From: Alphaproteobacteria bacterium
GTDB taxonomy: Bacteria; Pseudomonadota; Alphaproteobacteria; Bin95
Assembly: GCA_964291285.2 (NCBI GenBank)
Contig: OZ219787.1
Span: 832,001-896,000 of the forward strand
Direction of reading: 5' to 3'
Length of the DNA: 64,000 nucleotides
Shown: one piece after another, positions 9,573 through 21,103 of the stretch
How the letters are laid out: the number at the start of each line of letters is the position of its first letter
How positions within the stretch are numbered: position 1 is the stretch's first letter
Notes under the pieces: model-generated
Databases searched by the model: none
Told to the model about the DNA's origin: nothing
The model's input: the letters and a program-made list of their open reading frames with translations, nothing else
Made by a program: the position numbers and the translations under genes

Positions 9573-10730
9573 CTATTCGTCCGGCGGTTCCGCCTGCAGC
9601 GCCGCGCCGGACGCAATCAGGGCGTCGATCTCCTCCCTGTCCAGCCCCCAGTCGGCGAGCGCGGCGCGCGTGTCTTCGCCGGGGGCGGGCGGCGGGCGGG
9701 AGAGCGCGCCGGGTGTGCGGGAGAAGCGCGGCGCAGGGCCGGACTGGCGGATGCCGCGGCTGGCGGCGAGCGCGCCCCGCGCCGCCATATGCGGGTGGGC
9801 CGGTGCTTCCTCCAGGGTCAGCACCGGGGCGAAACAGGCGTCGGTGCCTTCCAGCAGCGCGCACCATTCCTCGCGCGTTTTCGTGAGGAAGAGCCGTTGG
9901 AAGCGTTCGGTCAATTCCGGCCAGCGGGACCGGTCCATGCGCTTCGGCAGCGCCTCGCCGTCAAGACCCGTCAGGCGCAGGAAGGCGTCGTAGAACTCGG
10001 GCTCGATGGCGCCGAGCGCCACCCACCTGCCGTCCCTTGTCTCGTAGCAGCGGTAGAAGGGCGCGCCGCCGTCGATCAGGTTCGCCTCGCGCTCGTCCCG
10101 CCACCAGCCGGCGGCCAGCAGCCCCTGCACGAAGGTCATCAGCGAGGCCGCGCCGTCGACCATGGCGGCATCGACGACCTGCCCCTTTCCGGAGGTTCCG
10201 CGCTCGAACAGCGCCGCCAGGATGCCGAAGGCGGCATAGAGCGCGCCGCCGCCAAAATCGCCGGCGAGATTGAGCGGCGGCACGGGCGGGCCGGATGCAG
10301 GGCCGATGGCGTGGAGCGCGCCCGTCAGCGCCAGATAGTTGAGGTCGTGGCCCGCCGCCCCGGCAAGCGGCCCCTCCTGCCCCCAGCCGGTCAGCCGCGC
10401 ATAGACGAGCTTCGGATTGCGGGCGAGCACGGGTTCCGGCCCGAGGCCGAGCCGCTCCATCACGCCCGGCCGGAAGCCCTCAAGCAGCACGTCGGCCCTT
10501 TCCGCCAGCGCGAGCACGGCCTCGACGGCGCGGGGCCGCTTGAGGTCGAGCGCGGCCGAGCGCCGGCCCCGGTTCAGCAGGTCGGTGCGGGCATGGACGC
10601 GGTAGCGCGCCCGCACCCGGTCGACGCGCAGCACGTCGGCCCCCATGTCCGCCAGCAGCATGGCGCAATGCGGCCCCGGCCCGACGCCCGCGATTTCCAG
10701 CACCCTGAGCCCGGCGAGGGGACCGGTCAT
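9573..10730 (-). CDS. CaiB/BaiF family CoA-transferase (alpha-methylacyl-CoA racemase-like)
   Basis: GPLAGLRVLE, LADMGADV, EGFRPGVMERLGLG, GHDLNYLA, DFGGG. Confidence 0.92.
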   Translation of the reverse strand: MTGPLAGLRVLEIAGVGPGPHCAMLLADMGADVLRVDRVRARYRVHARTDLLNRGRRSAALDLKRPRAVEAVLALAERADVLLEGFRPGVMERLGLGPEPVLARNPKLVYARLTGWGQEGPLAGAAGHDLNYLALTGALHAIGPASGPPVPPLNLAGDFGGGALYAAFGILAALFERGTSGKGQVVDAAMVDGAASLMTFVQGLLAAGWWRDEREANLIDGGAPFYRCYETRDGRWVALGAIEPEFYDAFLRLTGLDGEALPKRMDRSRWPELTERFQRLFLTKTREEWCALLEGTDACFAPVLTLEEAPAHPHMAARGALAASRGIRQSGPAPRFSRTPGALSRPPPAPGEDTRAALADWGLDREEIDALIASGAALQAEPPDE

Positions 10731-10742
10731 GCGACGGTTCCG

Positions 10743-11225
10743 CTACGGCTCGGCACGGGTCCTGAAAAGCACATATACGGCGAACGCCCGGCGGTGTTTT
10801 GCGCGGACGGCCTGGAACCCTTCAATGATTGCCCTTGCCGCCGCAATCTCCCTCTGGACTTCATGTTTGGAGAATCTGGCAGACGGGTCGTAGTCCGCCA
10901 GATGGCGCTTTTCCTGCAACGCCACAAAGGCGTTGGCGAAATTCTCGATTTCCCGGGGAAACTTCGATATGAAGCTCTTGTTCTTGCAATTGCTCCTGGC
11001 AAGGCCGTGCTCAAGTGCGCGATATGCCTGCCGCCATGCAGGCTTGCTCCTGTCAGCGTTCGGGCCGCCGACAAAACTGTTGGCGCAACAACTCGCAAGA
11101 CAGTGGAACATCGCATAGTAAGCGGTGCTCACCGCTCTGCGTAGATTGGACTGGCGCGGCCTCGTATTCCCTGCCGCCCCCGAAACCAGATCGTCGGCAG
11201 TATTCAGCAGGTCATCCCACTGCAT
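10743..11225 (-). CDS. HEPN-domain protein (putative toxin)
   Basis: RRAVSTAYYAMFH and LQEKRHLADY HEPN-type motifs; lower GC than its flanks. Confidence 0.7.
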   Translation of the reverse strand: MQWDDLLNTADDLVSGAAGNTRPRQSNLRRAVSTAYYAMFHCLASCCANSFVGGPNADRSKPAWRQAYRALEHGLARSNCKNKSFISKFPREIENFANAFVALQEKRHLADYDPSARFSKHEVQREIAAARAIIEGFQAVRAKHRRAFAVYVLFRTRAEP

Positions 11226-11508
11226 TCTTTACCGTCTTCATGTCGGCACTGGAAATGTAGGACATTACCGGAAAGGCATCGTCCGCGAGTTCATCCAGCA
11301 AACGGGTCCGCATAGGCCGCACGACCTCGTACGCCAGAGTTGCATCGAACTGGTCGTCCGCGCCGTTGAATACGGCATAGATGCGCAGGATTTCGTCGCC
11401 CTGCCAGCCAAGGGCGCGAACGATATGCACGTCGCCGATCCGGCCGGCGCCGAAGACATCCTCCAGGACCGTGCGAACGATACGCTCCACCTTCCGTTCG
11501 TCGGCCAC
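11212..11508 (-). CDS. Small protein upstream of the HEPN gene (putative antitoxin / degenerate nucleotidyltransferase-like)
   Basis: AGGAG RBS before a GTG start; overlaps the HEPN gene start; GDEILRIYAVF and FPVMSYIS motifs. Confidence 0.55.
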   Translation of the reverse strand: MADERKVERIVRTVLEDVFGAGRIGDVHIVRALGWQGDEILRIYAVFNGADDQFDATLAYEVVRPMRTRLLDELADDAFPVMSYISSADMKTVKNAVG

Positions 11509-11592
11509 GATCACGCTCCTTCCCCGGAACCTGCGGGCGCAGCCGGGGCAACGCCGCACCGGCTCGAATGTGGTGCGGCGGCGGACTCCCTG

Positions 11593-13893
11593 TCAAGCGC
11601 CGGCCGGCGTCCCCGATGCGCTCATGGCGGCGATGTCGGGCGGGTCGAAGGCGGTGACGGGCGGCGGCTCGCCCTCGAAGCGCTCCACCTCGACCAGCGC
11701 GCTCATCGCGCTCGGACCCTGGCCGAGTTTCGAGGTGCCGCGGTCGGCGGTCAGCACATTGGGGTTGCCGTGCTTGTCGAGGCTGTCCGGCTGCGCGGGA
11801 TCGGCCGGGTCGTACCAGGCTCCGGTCGCGAGCACGGCCACGCCGGGCGCGACCTCGCCGCTCAGCACCGCGCCGGCGAGCAGCGCCCCGCGCCCGTTGA
11901 ACACGCGCACCACGTCGCCGTCGGCAATGCCCCGCGCCGCCGCGTCCGCCGGATTGAGCCGGACCGGCTCGCGGCCCTGCACCTTGCTCGCCTGCGAGAC
12001 GCGGCCCTGGTCGAGCTGCGCGTGGAGGCGCGTCGCCGGCTGGTTCGAGATCAGGTGCAGCGGCCATTGCCGTGCAGCCTCGGCGCCCAGCCATTCCTTC
12101 GGCGGCAGCCAGGCGGGGTAGCCGGGGCAGTCCTCATAGCCGAAGCCCGCCACATGAGCGGAATAGAGCTCGATCCTGCCCGAAGGCGTCGCGAGGCGCT
12201 CCTCGCCCCTGCGGAAGCCCTCGAACAGCACGCGCGGCCTCTCCGGCCGCGGCAGTTCCACATGCCCCTCGGCCCAGAAGGCGTCGAAGTCCGGCAGGTT
12301 GAGCCCGCGTTCGGCCGCCCGCCCGCAGGCCTCGTCATAGATGCGGCGCAGCCACGCCATCTCGCCGAGCCCCTCGGTGAAGCGCTCGCGGAAGCCCAGC
12401 CGGTCGGCGATGTCGGCGAAGACGTCATGGTCGTTGCGCGCCCGGCCCACCGGGTCGATGGCGCGGTGCATGGCGAGCCAGAAGCGGTCCCGCCGGCCGG
12501 CGGCGATGTCGTTGCGCTCCAGGGTCGTGGTCGCCGGCACGACGATGTCGGCATGGCGCGCGGTCGCCGTCCACCAGGGGTCGTGGACGATGACCGTCTC
12601 CGGGCGGCGGAAGGCGCGCACGAGCCGGTTGATGTCCTGGTGGTGGTGGAACGGGTTGCCGCCCGCCCAATAGACGAGGCGCGTGTCCGGGTAGCGCCGC
12701 CGCTCGCCGTCGAAATCGTAGGCCCCGCCCGGATCGAGCAGCATGTCGGCGATGCGCGAGACGGGGATGAAGTCCTCCACCGGGTTCGGCCCGATGGGGA
12801 AGGTCGGCCCGGTAATGCCGTGGCGCGGCGCGCCGATGCCGGAGACGCACCCGTAGCCGAAGCCGAAGCCGCCGCCCGGCAGGCCGATCTGGCCGAGGCA
12901 GGCCGCGAGCGCCACCGTGGCCCAGAAGGGCTGCTCGCCATGGTCGCCGCGCTGCAGGGCCCAGGCGGTGGAGATCATGGTGCGCGCGGCCGCCATCTCG
13001 CGGGCGAGCGAGCGGATGCGCGCCGCCGGCACGCCGGTAATCCCCTCGGCCCATTCCGGCGTCTTTCCTTCCAGCGAGGCCTCGAACGCCGCCGCGCCCG
13101 TGCAGCAGCGCTCCAGGAACGCCCGGTCGGCCAGCCCCTCCGACAGCAGCACCCGGCAGAGCGCCAGCATCATGGCGGTGTCGGTGCCGGGGCGGATCGG
13201 GATCCACTCGCCTTCGACATCGGGCGGCAGGTCGCCGCCGAAGGGCGAGACGGCGATGAAGCGCGCGCCGCGCCCGGCCGCCTCGCGGATGAAGCCCGCC
13301 GCCGCATGTTCGCCATTGCCGCCGGAATCGACCTGCGTGTTCTTCACCGGCAGGCCGCCGAAGGAGACCATCAGCCCGGTGTTCTCGACGATGGAGGGCC
13401 AGTCGGTGACGGGGCCCGCCGCCGCCTCGACGCCGCCCAGTATATGCGGCAGCACGGCGAGGCCTGCCGCGTAGCTGTAATTGTACCGCTGGTTGGTGAA
13501 GCCGCCGGCCATGCCGAGGAAGCGCTGCAGCTGGCTCTTGGCATGGTGGAAGCGCCCGGCGCTCGCCCAGCCGTAGGAGCCGCCGAAGACCGAGGCGTTG
13601 CCGAAGTCGCGGCCGACGCGCGCGACCTCGTCCGCGATGAGATCGACCGCCCGGTCCCAGTCGAGCGGCACGAAGGCATCGCGCCCGCGGCCCTCTCCGC
13701 CGTCGCCGTCGAGCCAGCCGCGCCGCGCCACCGGCCCGGCGATGCGCGAGGCGTGATGCACGGCGTCCGGGATCGAGGCGACGATGGGAGACGGCTCGGG
13801 GTCCTTGGCGAAGGGTAGCGCGGCGGCGACGCGCCCCTCCGCCGTCTCGGCCCGGAAGGCGCCCCAGTGGGAGCCGTGGTGGAAGACCGCCAC
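11593..13893 (-). CDS. Molybdopterin oxidoreductase, DMSO reductase family (BisC/TorZ-like), no Tat signal
   Basis: SHWGAF, GGSYGWASAGRFHHA, YWAGGNPFHHHQD, ADIVVPATTTLERND, RLHAQLD, HGNPNVLT. Confidence 0.9.
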   Translation of the reverse strand: MAVFHHGSHWGAFRAETAEGRVAAALPFAKDPEPSPIVASIPDAVHHASRIAGPVARRGWLDGDGGEGRGRDAFVPLDWDRAVDLIADEVARVGRDFGNASVFGGSYGWASAGRFHHAKSQLQRFLGMAGGFTNQRYNYSYAAGLAVLPHILGGVEAAAGPVTDWPSIVENTGLMVSFGGLPVKNTQVDSGGNGEHAAAGFIREAAGRGARFIAVSPFGGDLPPDVEGEWIPIRPGTDTAMMLALCRVLLSEGLADRAFLERCCTGAAAFEASLEGKTPEWAEGITGVPAARIRSLAREMAAARTMISTAWALQRGDHGEQPFWATVALAACLGQIGLPGGGFGFGYGCVSGIGAPRHGITGPTFPIGPNPVEDFIPVSRIADMLLDPGGAYDFDGERRRYPDTRLVYWAGGNPFHHHQDINRLVRAFRRPETVIVHDPWWTATARHADIVVPATTTLERNDIAAGRRDRFWLAMHRAIDPVGRARNDHDVFADIADRLGFRERFTEGLGEMAWLRRIYDEACGRAAERGLNLPDFDAFWAEGHVELPRPERPRVLFEGFRRGEERLATPSGRIELYSAHVAGFGYEDCPGYPAWLPPKEWLGAEAARQWPLHLISNQPATRLHAQLDQGRVSQASKVQGREPVRLNPADAAARGIADGDVVRVFNGRGALLAGAVLSGEVAPGVAVLATGAWYDPADPAQPDSLDKHGNPNVLTADRGTSKLGQGPSAMSALVEVERFEGEPPPVTAFDPPDIAAMSASGTPAGA

Positions 13894-13897
13894 CGCG

Positions 13898-15103
13898 CTA
13901 CAGCCCCAGCACGTGCTTGGCGACGATATTGCGCTGGATCTCGTTCGACCCGCCATAGATCGTGGCGGCGCGCTTCAGCAGGTGCTCGCTCATCAGCCCG
14001 ACGGCGCGGTCGGCGACCGGCGGCTCCTCATTGGTGTCGAGGCGCGTCCATTCCAGCGAATAGGGGATCGCATCGACGCCGACCGCCTCGATCAGCAGTT
14101 CGTTGAGCGCCTGCTCGATCTCCGTGCCGCAGATCTTGAGGATCGAGGCTTCCGGGCCGACGCCGCCGCCCTTCTCCTCGGCCGCCAGCGTGCGCAAATT
14201 GACGATCTCCAGCGCGCCGAGCCTTGCCTCCACTTCGCCGAGGCGGGCGCGGAACTCCGGGTCGTCGGCGAGCGCGCCGCCGTCCGTGCCGGTCTCGACG
14301 GAGGCGACCTCCTTCAGCCGCTCGACCTTCATGCGCGACTTGGAGACGCCGGCGACGCCCGCGCGCTCGTTGCCCAGCAGGAACTTGGCGTAGGTCCAGC
14401 CCCTGTTCTCCTCACCGACCCGGTTCGACACCGGCACGCGCACATCGGTGAAGAACACCTGGTTGAGATAATGCCCGCCGTCCATGGAGACGATCGGGCG
14501 TACCTCGATGCCGGGCGTCTTCATGTCGATCAGCAGGAAGGAGATGCCCTGCTGGTGCTTCGCGGCTTCCGTGTCCGTGCGGACCAGCGCGAAGATCCAG
14601 TCGGCATGGTGCGCGCCGCTGGTCCAGATCTTGGAGCCGTTGACGACATACTCGTCGCCGTCCTGCACGGCCCGCGTCCTGAGCGAGGCGAGGTCGGAGC
14701 CCGAACCCGGCTCCGAGTAGCCCTGGCACCAGAAGACGTCGCTCTTCAGGATCGCCGGCAGGTGTTCGGCCTTCTGCGCCTCGCTGCCGAAGGTGTAGAT
14801 CACCGGCCCCACCATCATGATGCCGAAGGGCGAGAGCCGGGGTGCGTAATGGCGCTGGTAGGCTTCCTCGAAGATGAACTTCTGCGTCGGCGTCCAGCCG
14901 GTGCCGCCATGCTCCTCCGGCCAGTTGGGCGCGATCCAGCCCCGGTCGTAGAGCGCCTTCTGCCAGCGCCGCATGTCCTCCTTGGAGACATAGGAGGGGT
15001 TGCGCCTGACCTGCTCGGAGAGCCGCGGCTCCAGGTTGGCTTCGAAGAACACCTCGACCTCCTCGGCGAAGGCGCGTTCCCCGGCGGTGAATTCGAGCTG
15101 CAT
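13898..15103 (-). CDS. Acyl-CoA dehydrogenase
   Basis: WCQGYSEPGSGSDLASL, NGSKIWTS, TIYGGSNEIQRNI. Confidence 0.93.
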   Translation of the reverse strand: MQLEFTAGERAFAEEVEVFFEANLEPRLSEQVRRNPSYVSKEDMRRWQKALYDRGWIAPNWPEEHGGTGWTPTQKFIFEEAYQRHYAPRLSPFGIMMVGPVIYTFGSEAQKAEHLPAILKSDVFWCQGYSEPGSGSDLASLRTRAVQDGDEYVVNGSKIWTSGAHHADWIFALVRTDTEAAKHQQGISFLLIDMKTPGIEVRPIVSMDGGHYLNQVFFTDVRVPVSNRVGEENRGWTYAKFLLGNERAGVAGVSKSRMKVERLKEVASVETGTDGGALADDPEFRARLGEVEARLGALEIVNLRTLAAEEKGGGVGPEASILKICGTEIEQALNELLIEAVGVDAIPYSLEWTRLDTNEEPPVADRAVGLMSEHLLKRAATIYGGSNEIQRNIVAKHVLGL

Positions 15104-15119
15104 GGAAGGAGGCTCCCGA

Positions 15120-15896
15120 TTACGGAAAGACCGGCTCGCGCCGGTTCTGGAAGGCGTCGAGCCCCTCGGCCACGTCGCTGTGCTGGAGGGCTGCCACGAC
15201 CGCGCCGCGCTCCAGCGCGAGGCCCATGTCGAGCGGCCCTTCTAGGCCGCGCCGCGCCATGCCCTTCATGAAGGCGAGGCCGTGGCGGCTCCTGGCGGCG
15301 AGGCCGGCGCAGTAGGCGCGGGCGCGGTCGTCCAGCTCCGCGTCCGGCACGACATGGTTGAAGAGGCCCCAGCGCTCCGCCTCGGGCGCGTCGAGCCAGC
15401 GGGCGGTGAACATGAGGTCGAGCGCCCGGCGCAGCCCGACGAGGCGGGCGAGGCGCTGCGTGCCCCCGCCGCCCGGCGGCAGGCCGTAGCGCGCATGCTG
15501 GCAGCCGATGCGCGCGCTCTCGGCGGCGAACACCGTGTCGCAGGCGACGACGATCTCCATGCCGCCGGCGAGCGCGAGGCCCTGCACCGCCGCCACCACC
15601 GGCAGCGGCGAGTCCTCGAAGCGTCGCGTCGCCTCGTGGATGGCGCCGATGAAGGGCGTGAGCGTCTCGGCGGACTTGCGCCGGTCGAGCACCTCGTCGA
15701 GGTCGGCGCCGGTGCAGAACTGCCGGCCGTTCGCGTTCAGCAGCACGGCGCGCACCGCCGGGTCGGCCTCGAACCGGTCCATGCCGGCGATGAGGCCGTC
15801 CAGCAGCCCGGTCGAGATGCAGTTGAACCTGTCCGGCCGGTTGAGGGTCAGCACCCCCACCCCGCCGTCAACCGAAACCAGCACAGCGTCCGTCAT
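15120..15896 (-). CDS. Enoyl-CoA hydratase/isomerase family protein
   Basis: LTLNRPDRFN, FCTGADL, ALAGGMEI, PGGGGTQRLARLVG. Confidence 0.92.
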   Translation of the reverse strand: MTDAVLVSVDGGVGVLTLNRPDRFNCISTGLLDGLIAGMDRFEADPAVRAVLLNANGRQFCTGADLDEVLDRRKSAETLTPFIGAIHEATRRFEDSPLPVVAAVQGLALAGGMEIVVACDTVFAAESARIGCQHARYGLPPGGGGTQRLARLVGLRRALDLMFTARWLDAPEAERWGLFNHVVPDAELDDRARAYCAGLAARSRHGLAFMKGMARRGLEGPLDMGLALERGAVVAALQHSDVAEGLDAFQNRREPVFP

Positions 15897-15923
15897 CGCC
15901 TTCTCCCCGTCGCGAACCGTTTC

Positions 15924-17237
15924 CTACAGAATGAACCGCGAGAGGTCGGCGCTTTTGGCGAGTTCGCCGACGCGCTCGCGGACTTCGCCTGCGTCGATGG
16001 TCACGCTCTCGCCGCCGCGGTCGGACGCGGTGAAGCTGATTTCCTCCAGCAGCTTCTCAAGCACGGTGTGCAGGCGGCGCGCGCCGATGTTCTCGACCTG
16101 GGCGTTGATGTCGGCAGCGAGTTCCGCCAGCGCATCCACCGCATCGTCGGTGAAGTCGAGCGTCAGGTCCTCGGTGCCCATCAGCGCCTTGTATTGCGTG
16201 ATGAGGCTCGCTTCGGGCTCGGTCAGGATGCGGCGGAAGTCCTCGCGCGTCAGCGCGTCGAGCTCGACCCGGATCGGCAGCCGGCCCTGGAGCTCGGGCA
16301 GCAGGTCCGCCGGCTTGGCGAGGTGGAAGGCGCCGGAGGCGATGAACAGGATATGGTCGGTCTTCACCGCCCCGTGCTTGGTGGCGACGGTGGTGCCCTC
16401 GATCAGCGGCAGCAGGTCGCGCTGCACGCCCTCGCGGCTGACATCCGCGCCGAGCCGGTCCGAGCGCGCGCAGATCTTGTCCACCTCGTCGATGAACACG
16501 ATGCCGTTCTGCTCGACCGCATGGATCGCGTCGCGGGTCAGCGACTCGTCGTCGAGCAGCTTGTCGCTCTCCTCGGCGATCAGCGCCTCGTAGCTCTCCG
16601 CGACCTTCATCTTGCGGGTCCTGGTGCGCCCGCCGCCCAGCGCCTTGCCGAAGATGTCGCCGAGATTGATCATGCCCATCTGCGCGCCCGGCATGCCGGG
16701 AATGTCCATGGTCGGCAGCGAGAGCCCGCCCGTGTCCTCCAGCTCCAGCTCGATCTCGCGGTCGTCGAGCTTGCCGTCGCGCAGCAGCTTGCGGAACTTC
16801 TCGCGCGTGTCGCCGGAGGCGGTCTTGCCGACCAGCGCATCGACGACCCGGTCCTCCGCCGCGCCGTGGGCCTGGGCCTGCACTTCCTTGCGCCGGCGTT
16901 CGCGCGTCAGGTGGATGGCGATTTCGACCAGGTCGCGCACGATGCTCTCGACATCGCGGCCGACATAGCCGACTTCGGTGAACTTGGTCGCCTCCACCTT
17001 CATGAACGGCGCCTGGGCGAGCCGCGCGAGCCGGCGCGCGATCTCGGTCTTGCCGACGCCGGTCGGCCCGATCATCAGTATGTTCTTCGGCAGGATTTCG
17101 TCGCGCAGCGCCTCGGGAAGCTGCTGGCGCCGCCAGCGGTTGCGCAGCGCGATGGCCACGGCGCGCTTGGCGTCGTCCTGGCCCACGATGAAGCGGTCGA
17201 GCTCGGAAACGATCTCCCGGGGGCTGAACGAGGTCAC
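15924..17237 (-). CDS. hslU: ATP-dependent protease ATPase subunit HslU
   Basis: [50 protein letters not shown]. Confidence 0.97.
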   Translation of the reverse strand: MTSFSPREIVSELDRFIVGQDDAKRAVAIALRNRWRRQQLPEALRDEILPKNILMIGPTGVGKTEIARRLARLAQAPFMKVEATKFTEVGYVGRDVESIVRDLVEIAIHLTRERRRKEVQAQAHGAAEDRVVDALVGKTASGDTREKFRKLLRDGKLDDREIELELEDTGGLSLPTMDIPGMPGAQMGMINLGDIFGKALGGGRTRTRKMKVAESYEALIAEESDKLLDDESLTRDAIHAVEQNGIVFIDEVDKICARSDRLGADVSREGVQRDLLPLIEGTTVATKHGAVKTDHILFIASGAFHLAKPADLLPELQGRLPIRVELDALTREDFRRILTEPEASLITQYKALMGTEDLTLDFTDDAVDALAELAADINAQVENIGARRLHTVLEKLLEEISFTASDRGGESVTIDAGEVRERVGELAKSADLSRFIL

Positions 17238-17791
17238 GGCGTCTCCAGGCTCTCGATGGTCAGTTCGCTGTTGGTATAGATGCAGATGCCGGCCGCGATT
17301 TCCATGGCGCGCCTCGCCACGGCCTCGGCGTCGAAGCCGTCTATCGGATGCAGGGCCCGCGCCGCCGCCAGCGCGAAGGCCCCGCCCGAGCCGATGCCGA
17401 TCAGCCCATCCTCCGGCTCCAGCACGTCGCCATTGCCGGTCAGCACCAGCGAGACGTCCCGGTCGGCCACCGCCATCATCGCCTCCAGCCGGCGCAGATA
17501 GCGGTCCGTGCGCCAGTCCTTCGCCATCTCGACGCAGGCGCGCGCCAGCTGCCCCTTGTATTGCTCCAGCTTGCCTTCAAGCCGCTCGAAGAGAGCGAAG
17601 GCGTCGGCGGTGGCGCCGGCGAAGCCCGCGATCACCTTGCCGTCGCCGAGCGGGCGGACCTTGCGCGCATTGGCCTTGAGCACGGTGGGCCCGAGCGTCA
17701 CCTGCCCGTCGCCGGCAATCACCACGCGGCCCTGCTTGCGCACCGAAAGGATGGTGGTGCCGTGCCAGGCGGGCGTCTCTTTCTCGTCCAT
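17234..17791 (-). CDS. hslV: ATP-dependent protease peptidase subunit HslV
   Basis: [30 protein letters not shown]; adjacent to hslU. Confidence 0.97.
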   Translation of the reverse strand: MDEKETPAWHGTTILSVRKQGRVVIAGDGQVTLGPTVLKANARKVRPLGDGKVIAGFAGATADAFALFERLEGKLEQYKGQLARACVEMAKDWRTDRYLRRLEAMMAVADRDVSLVLTGNGDVLEPEDGLIGIGSGGAFALAAARALHPIDGFDAEAVARRAMEIAAGICIYTNSELTIESLETP

Positions 17792-17873
17792 GGGGCCCCC
17801 GAGCCTCCGGTAAGCGCAGAGGGGGTTTAGCCCGGATGCCGCGTCCTTGTCACGGCCCGCTTTCGGATGCCGC

Positions 17874-18545
17874 CTACAGCACCTCGTCGCCGCGCGAGAC
17901 GGTTTCGCCGTAGCGGGAGAGGGAGGGCGGCCTGAGGCCGGCATAGGCGCGCTCGACGGCCTCTGCCGTGGCGCGGTTCTCGCGCTCGAACAGGCTGTTG
18001 CCGGCGAGGTCGCTCTCCACCAGCAGCGGGCCGAAGCGGGCAACCTCCAGCACCCAGACCGCCTGGGCGATGCCGAGGTCCTCCAGCCAGTGCGCCGCCT
18101 GCACCCGCGTGACGCCGCGCCCGAGCAGCGCGCCCGTGCCGTAGCCGACCGTGGTGAGATAGACCGCCCCGTTCGGCACGAAGAGCTCGCGGTAGTCGGA
18201 CTCCGACATGCCGCCCTTGCCGACGATGACCTTCGCGCCCGAAAGCTCGAAGAACCGCTCCATGAAGCGCGAGAAGCGGAAGCTCGCCGTCGCCGTCACC
18301 GCGCCGAGGTTCAGGCTGCCGTCGTCGGCCACGCTGGCCGCAGGCGAGCAGTGGAAATTGACGTTGCTGAGCGCCTTCAGATCGACCGGCGGGGCCATGC
18401 CCTCATCCACCATCCGGCGGTAGAGCCCCTCGCGGCCGGTATAGATCACGCCGTCGAGATAGACGATGTCGCCGATGGCGAGGTCCGCGAGCGCCCCGGG
18501 CGAGACGGGCGTGCTCAGGCGGTGCGTGCGAGCGGCGCCTGCCAT
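17874..18545 (-). CDS. Fe-S hydro-lyase, fumarate hydratase/tartrate dehydratase beta subunit
   Basis: [48 protein letters not shown]. Confidence 0.85.
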   Translation of the reverse strand: MAGAARTHRLSTPVSPGALADLAIGDIVYLDGVIYTGREGLYRRMVDEGMAPPVDLKALSNVNFHCSPAASVADDGSLNLGAVTATASFRFSRFMERFFELSGAKVIVGKGGMSESDYRELFVPNGAVYLTTVGYGTGALLGRGVTRVQAAHWLEDLGIAQAVWVLEVARFGPLLVESDLAGNSLFERENRATAEAVERAYAGLRPPSLSRYGETVSRGDEVL

Positions 18546-19477
18546 CCGACCGTCTCCCGGCGCATATAGGGCGTGAACCAGCGCGGGTCGCTGCGGTATT
18601 CGACCCCGCCGCCGGCATGGACCCGCGCCGTCGCCCGGCGCGAGGAAAGGCAGAAGCAATGCACGCTCATCGGCATGCCGCCGGTGTGCGTGTAGCCGAC
18701 CTCAACATGGCAGTCGATCACCATGGAGGAGCCGACGAAGCCCATCGGCCCCATGCCGATATTGTTGCCGAGCTCCTTCAGCTCCGCCTCCAGCTTCGCG
18801 ATGCCGGGATCGGGATTGGGCTCGCCGACGGGCCGCAGGCACGCCGCCTGCTTGCCGAGCGTCATGGAGGTATCCTTGGAGCCGCCGAGCCCGATGCCGA
18901 CGATGGCCGGCTGGCAGGCGAGGCCGCGCCGCCCGAACTGCACCAGCGTGTCCAGGAAGAAACGCTTGATGCCGTCGATGCCGTCGGCGGGGAACAGCAT
19001 CCGGTAGTCGGTGCCGAACAGCCCGCCCTTGTGGACGGTGGTCAGCTCGATCCAGTCGGCGTCCGGCTCGAAGCTGTATTCGATCTCCGGCGCGTTGATG
19101 CCGACATTGTTGTCGTGGTCGGTGCGCCAGAGCGGATGCACGCGGTTGGGCCTGAGCGGCACGCTGCGCGTCGCCTCGGCGGTGGCGGACCGGACGGCCT
19201 CTTCCAGCGCGACGAACCCGCCTTCCGGCCGCGCCTCGTTGCCGGCCTTCACATAGAAGCGCGGCACGCCGGTGTCGGCGCACATGGCGCGGCGGTCGGC
19301 CTCCGCCGCCTCCCAGTTTTCGAGCATCGCCTCCAGCACGAAGCGGGACAGTTCATGCTGTTCGCGCCCCAGCATGCCGCGTATGCCGTCGCGGTAGTCG
19401 CGCGGGATTTCGATGGCGGCCCGCGCCATGATCTCTGAGGCGGCCTCTTGCAGCAGGTCCCGGGCGATCTCGGACAT
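18515..19477 (-). CDS. Fe-S hydro-lyase, fumarate hydratase/tartrate dehydratase alpha subunit
   Basis: MCADTG, PLRPN, ACQPAIVGIGLGG, GMGPMGFVG, C-terminal Cys. Confidence 0.87.
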   Translation of the reverse strand: MSEIARDLLQEAASEIMARAAIEIPRDYRDGIRGMLGREQHELSRFVLEAMLENWEAAEADRRAMCADTGVPRFYVKAGNEARPEGGFVALEEAVRSATAEATRSVPLRPNRVHPLWRTDHDNNVGINAPEIEYSFEPDADWIELTTVHKGGLFGTDYRMLFPADGIDGIKRFFLDTLVQFGRRGLACQPAIVGIGLGGSKDTSMTLGKQAACLRPVGEPNPDPGIAKLEAELKELGNNIGMGPMGFVGSSMVIDCHVEVGYTHTGGMPMSVHCFCLSSRRATARVHAGGGVEYRSDPRWFTPYMRRETVGWQAPLARTA

Positions 19478-19523
19478 GGCTGTCGGAATAGGCCGGGCGC
19501 TTGCGGGCGTCAACCGCCGGCTC

Positions 19524-20313
19524 TCATGTCCGCCATCTGAGCAGGAAGCGCTCGAGGCGCGCGATCGACCAGTTCACGGTCAGTCCCATGACGGAGAGGA
19601 TCGCGACGCCGGCCAGCAGCTCGTCCAGGGCCATGAGGCTGCCCGCGAGCAGGATGTAGGCGCCGACCCCGAACTCGGCGCCGATCATCTCCGCTGCAAC
19701 GAGCAGCACGATGGCGATGGCGGCCGAAATGCGGAAGCCCGGCAGGATCGCCGGGAGCGCGCCCGGCAGGATGATCTTGCGCACGATGGAGAGCCAGGAG
19801 AGCCCGAAGGATTGCCCCATCCGGATCAGGCCGCGGTCCACATTGTCCACGCCCCCGTATGTCGCGACCACGGTCGGGAAGAAGGTGCCGAAGAGGATGG
19901 TCGCCACCTTCGATCCCTCGCCGATGCCGAACCAGACCACGAAGAGCGGCAGCAGCGCGATCTTCGGAATCGGGAAGATGGCCGCGACCACCGGCGCCAG
20001 CCCGGCGCGGGCGAGCGAGAACAACCCGATGGAAAAGCCGACGGCGATGCCGAGCAGCGTGCCCAGCGTCCAGCCGACCAGGAGGCGTTGCAGCGAGGCG
20101 CCCAGATGCTTCCAGAGGAGGCCGGTTTCCACGAGATGCGCGAGCGCGGCCAGCGCCTCCGACGGCGCCGGCAGCACCAATGGCGGGATCGCGCCCGTGC
20201 GGCACCCCGCCTCCCACAATGCAAGGACGGCAATGAACACGAGCGGCCCGACGACGCCGAGCGGCCTTGGCGAGAACCCGCCGCCCCGGAAGGCCACCGG
20301 CCGGCCGCCGCGC

Positions 20314-20321
<8 letters not shown>
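19524..20321 (-). CDS. NitT/TauT-family ABC transporter permease
   Basis: PIPKIALLPLFVVWFGIGE, ILPGALP, LVAAEMIGA. Confidence 0.92.
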
Positions 20322-21081
<760 letters not shown>

Positions 21082-21103
21082 CGCGCCGCCCCCGCCCGGC
21101 GGG

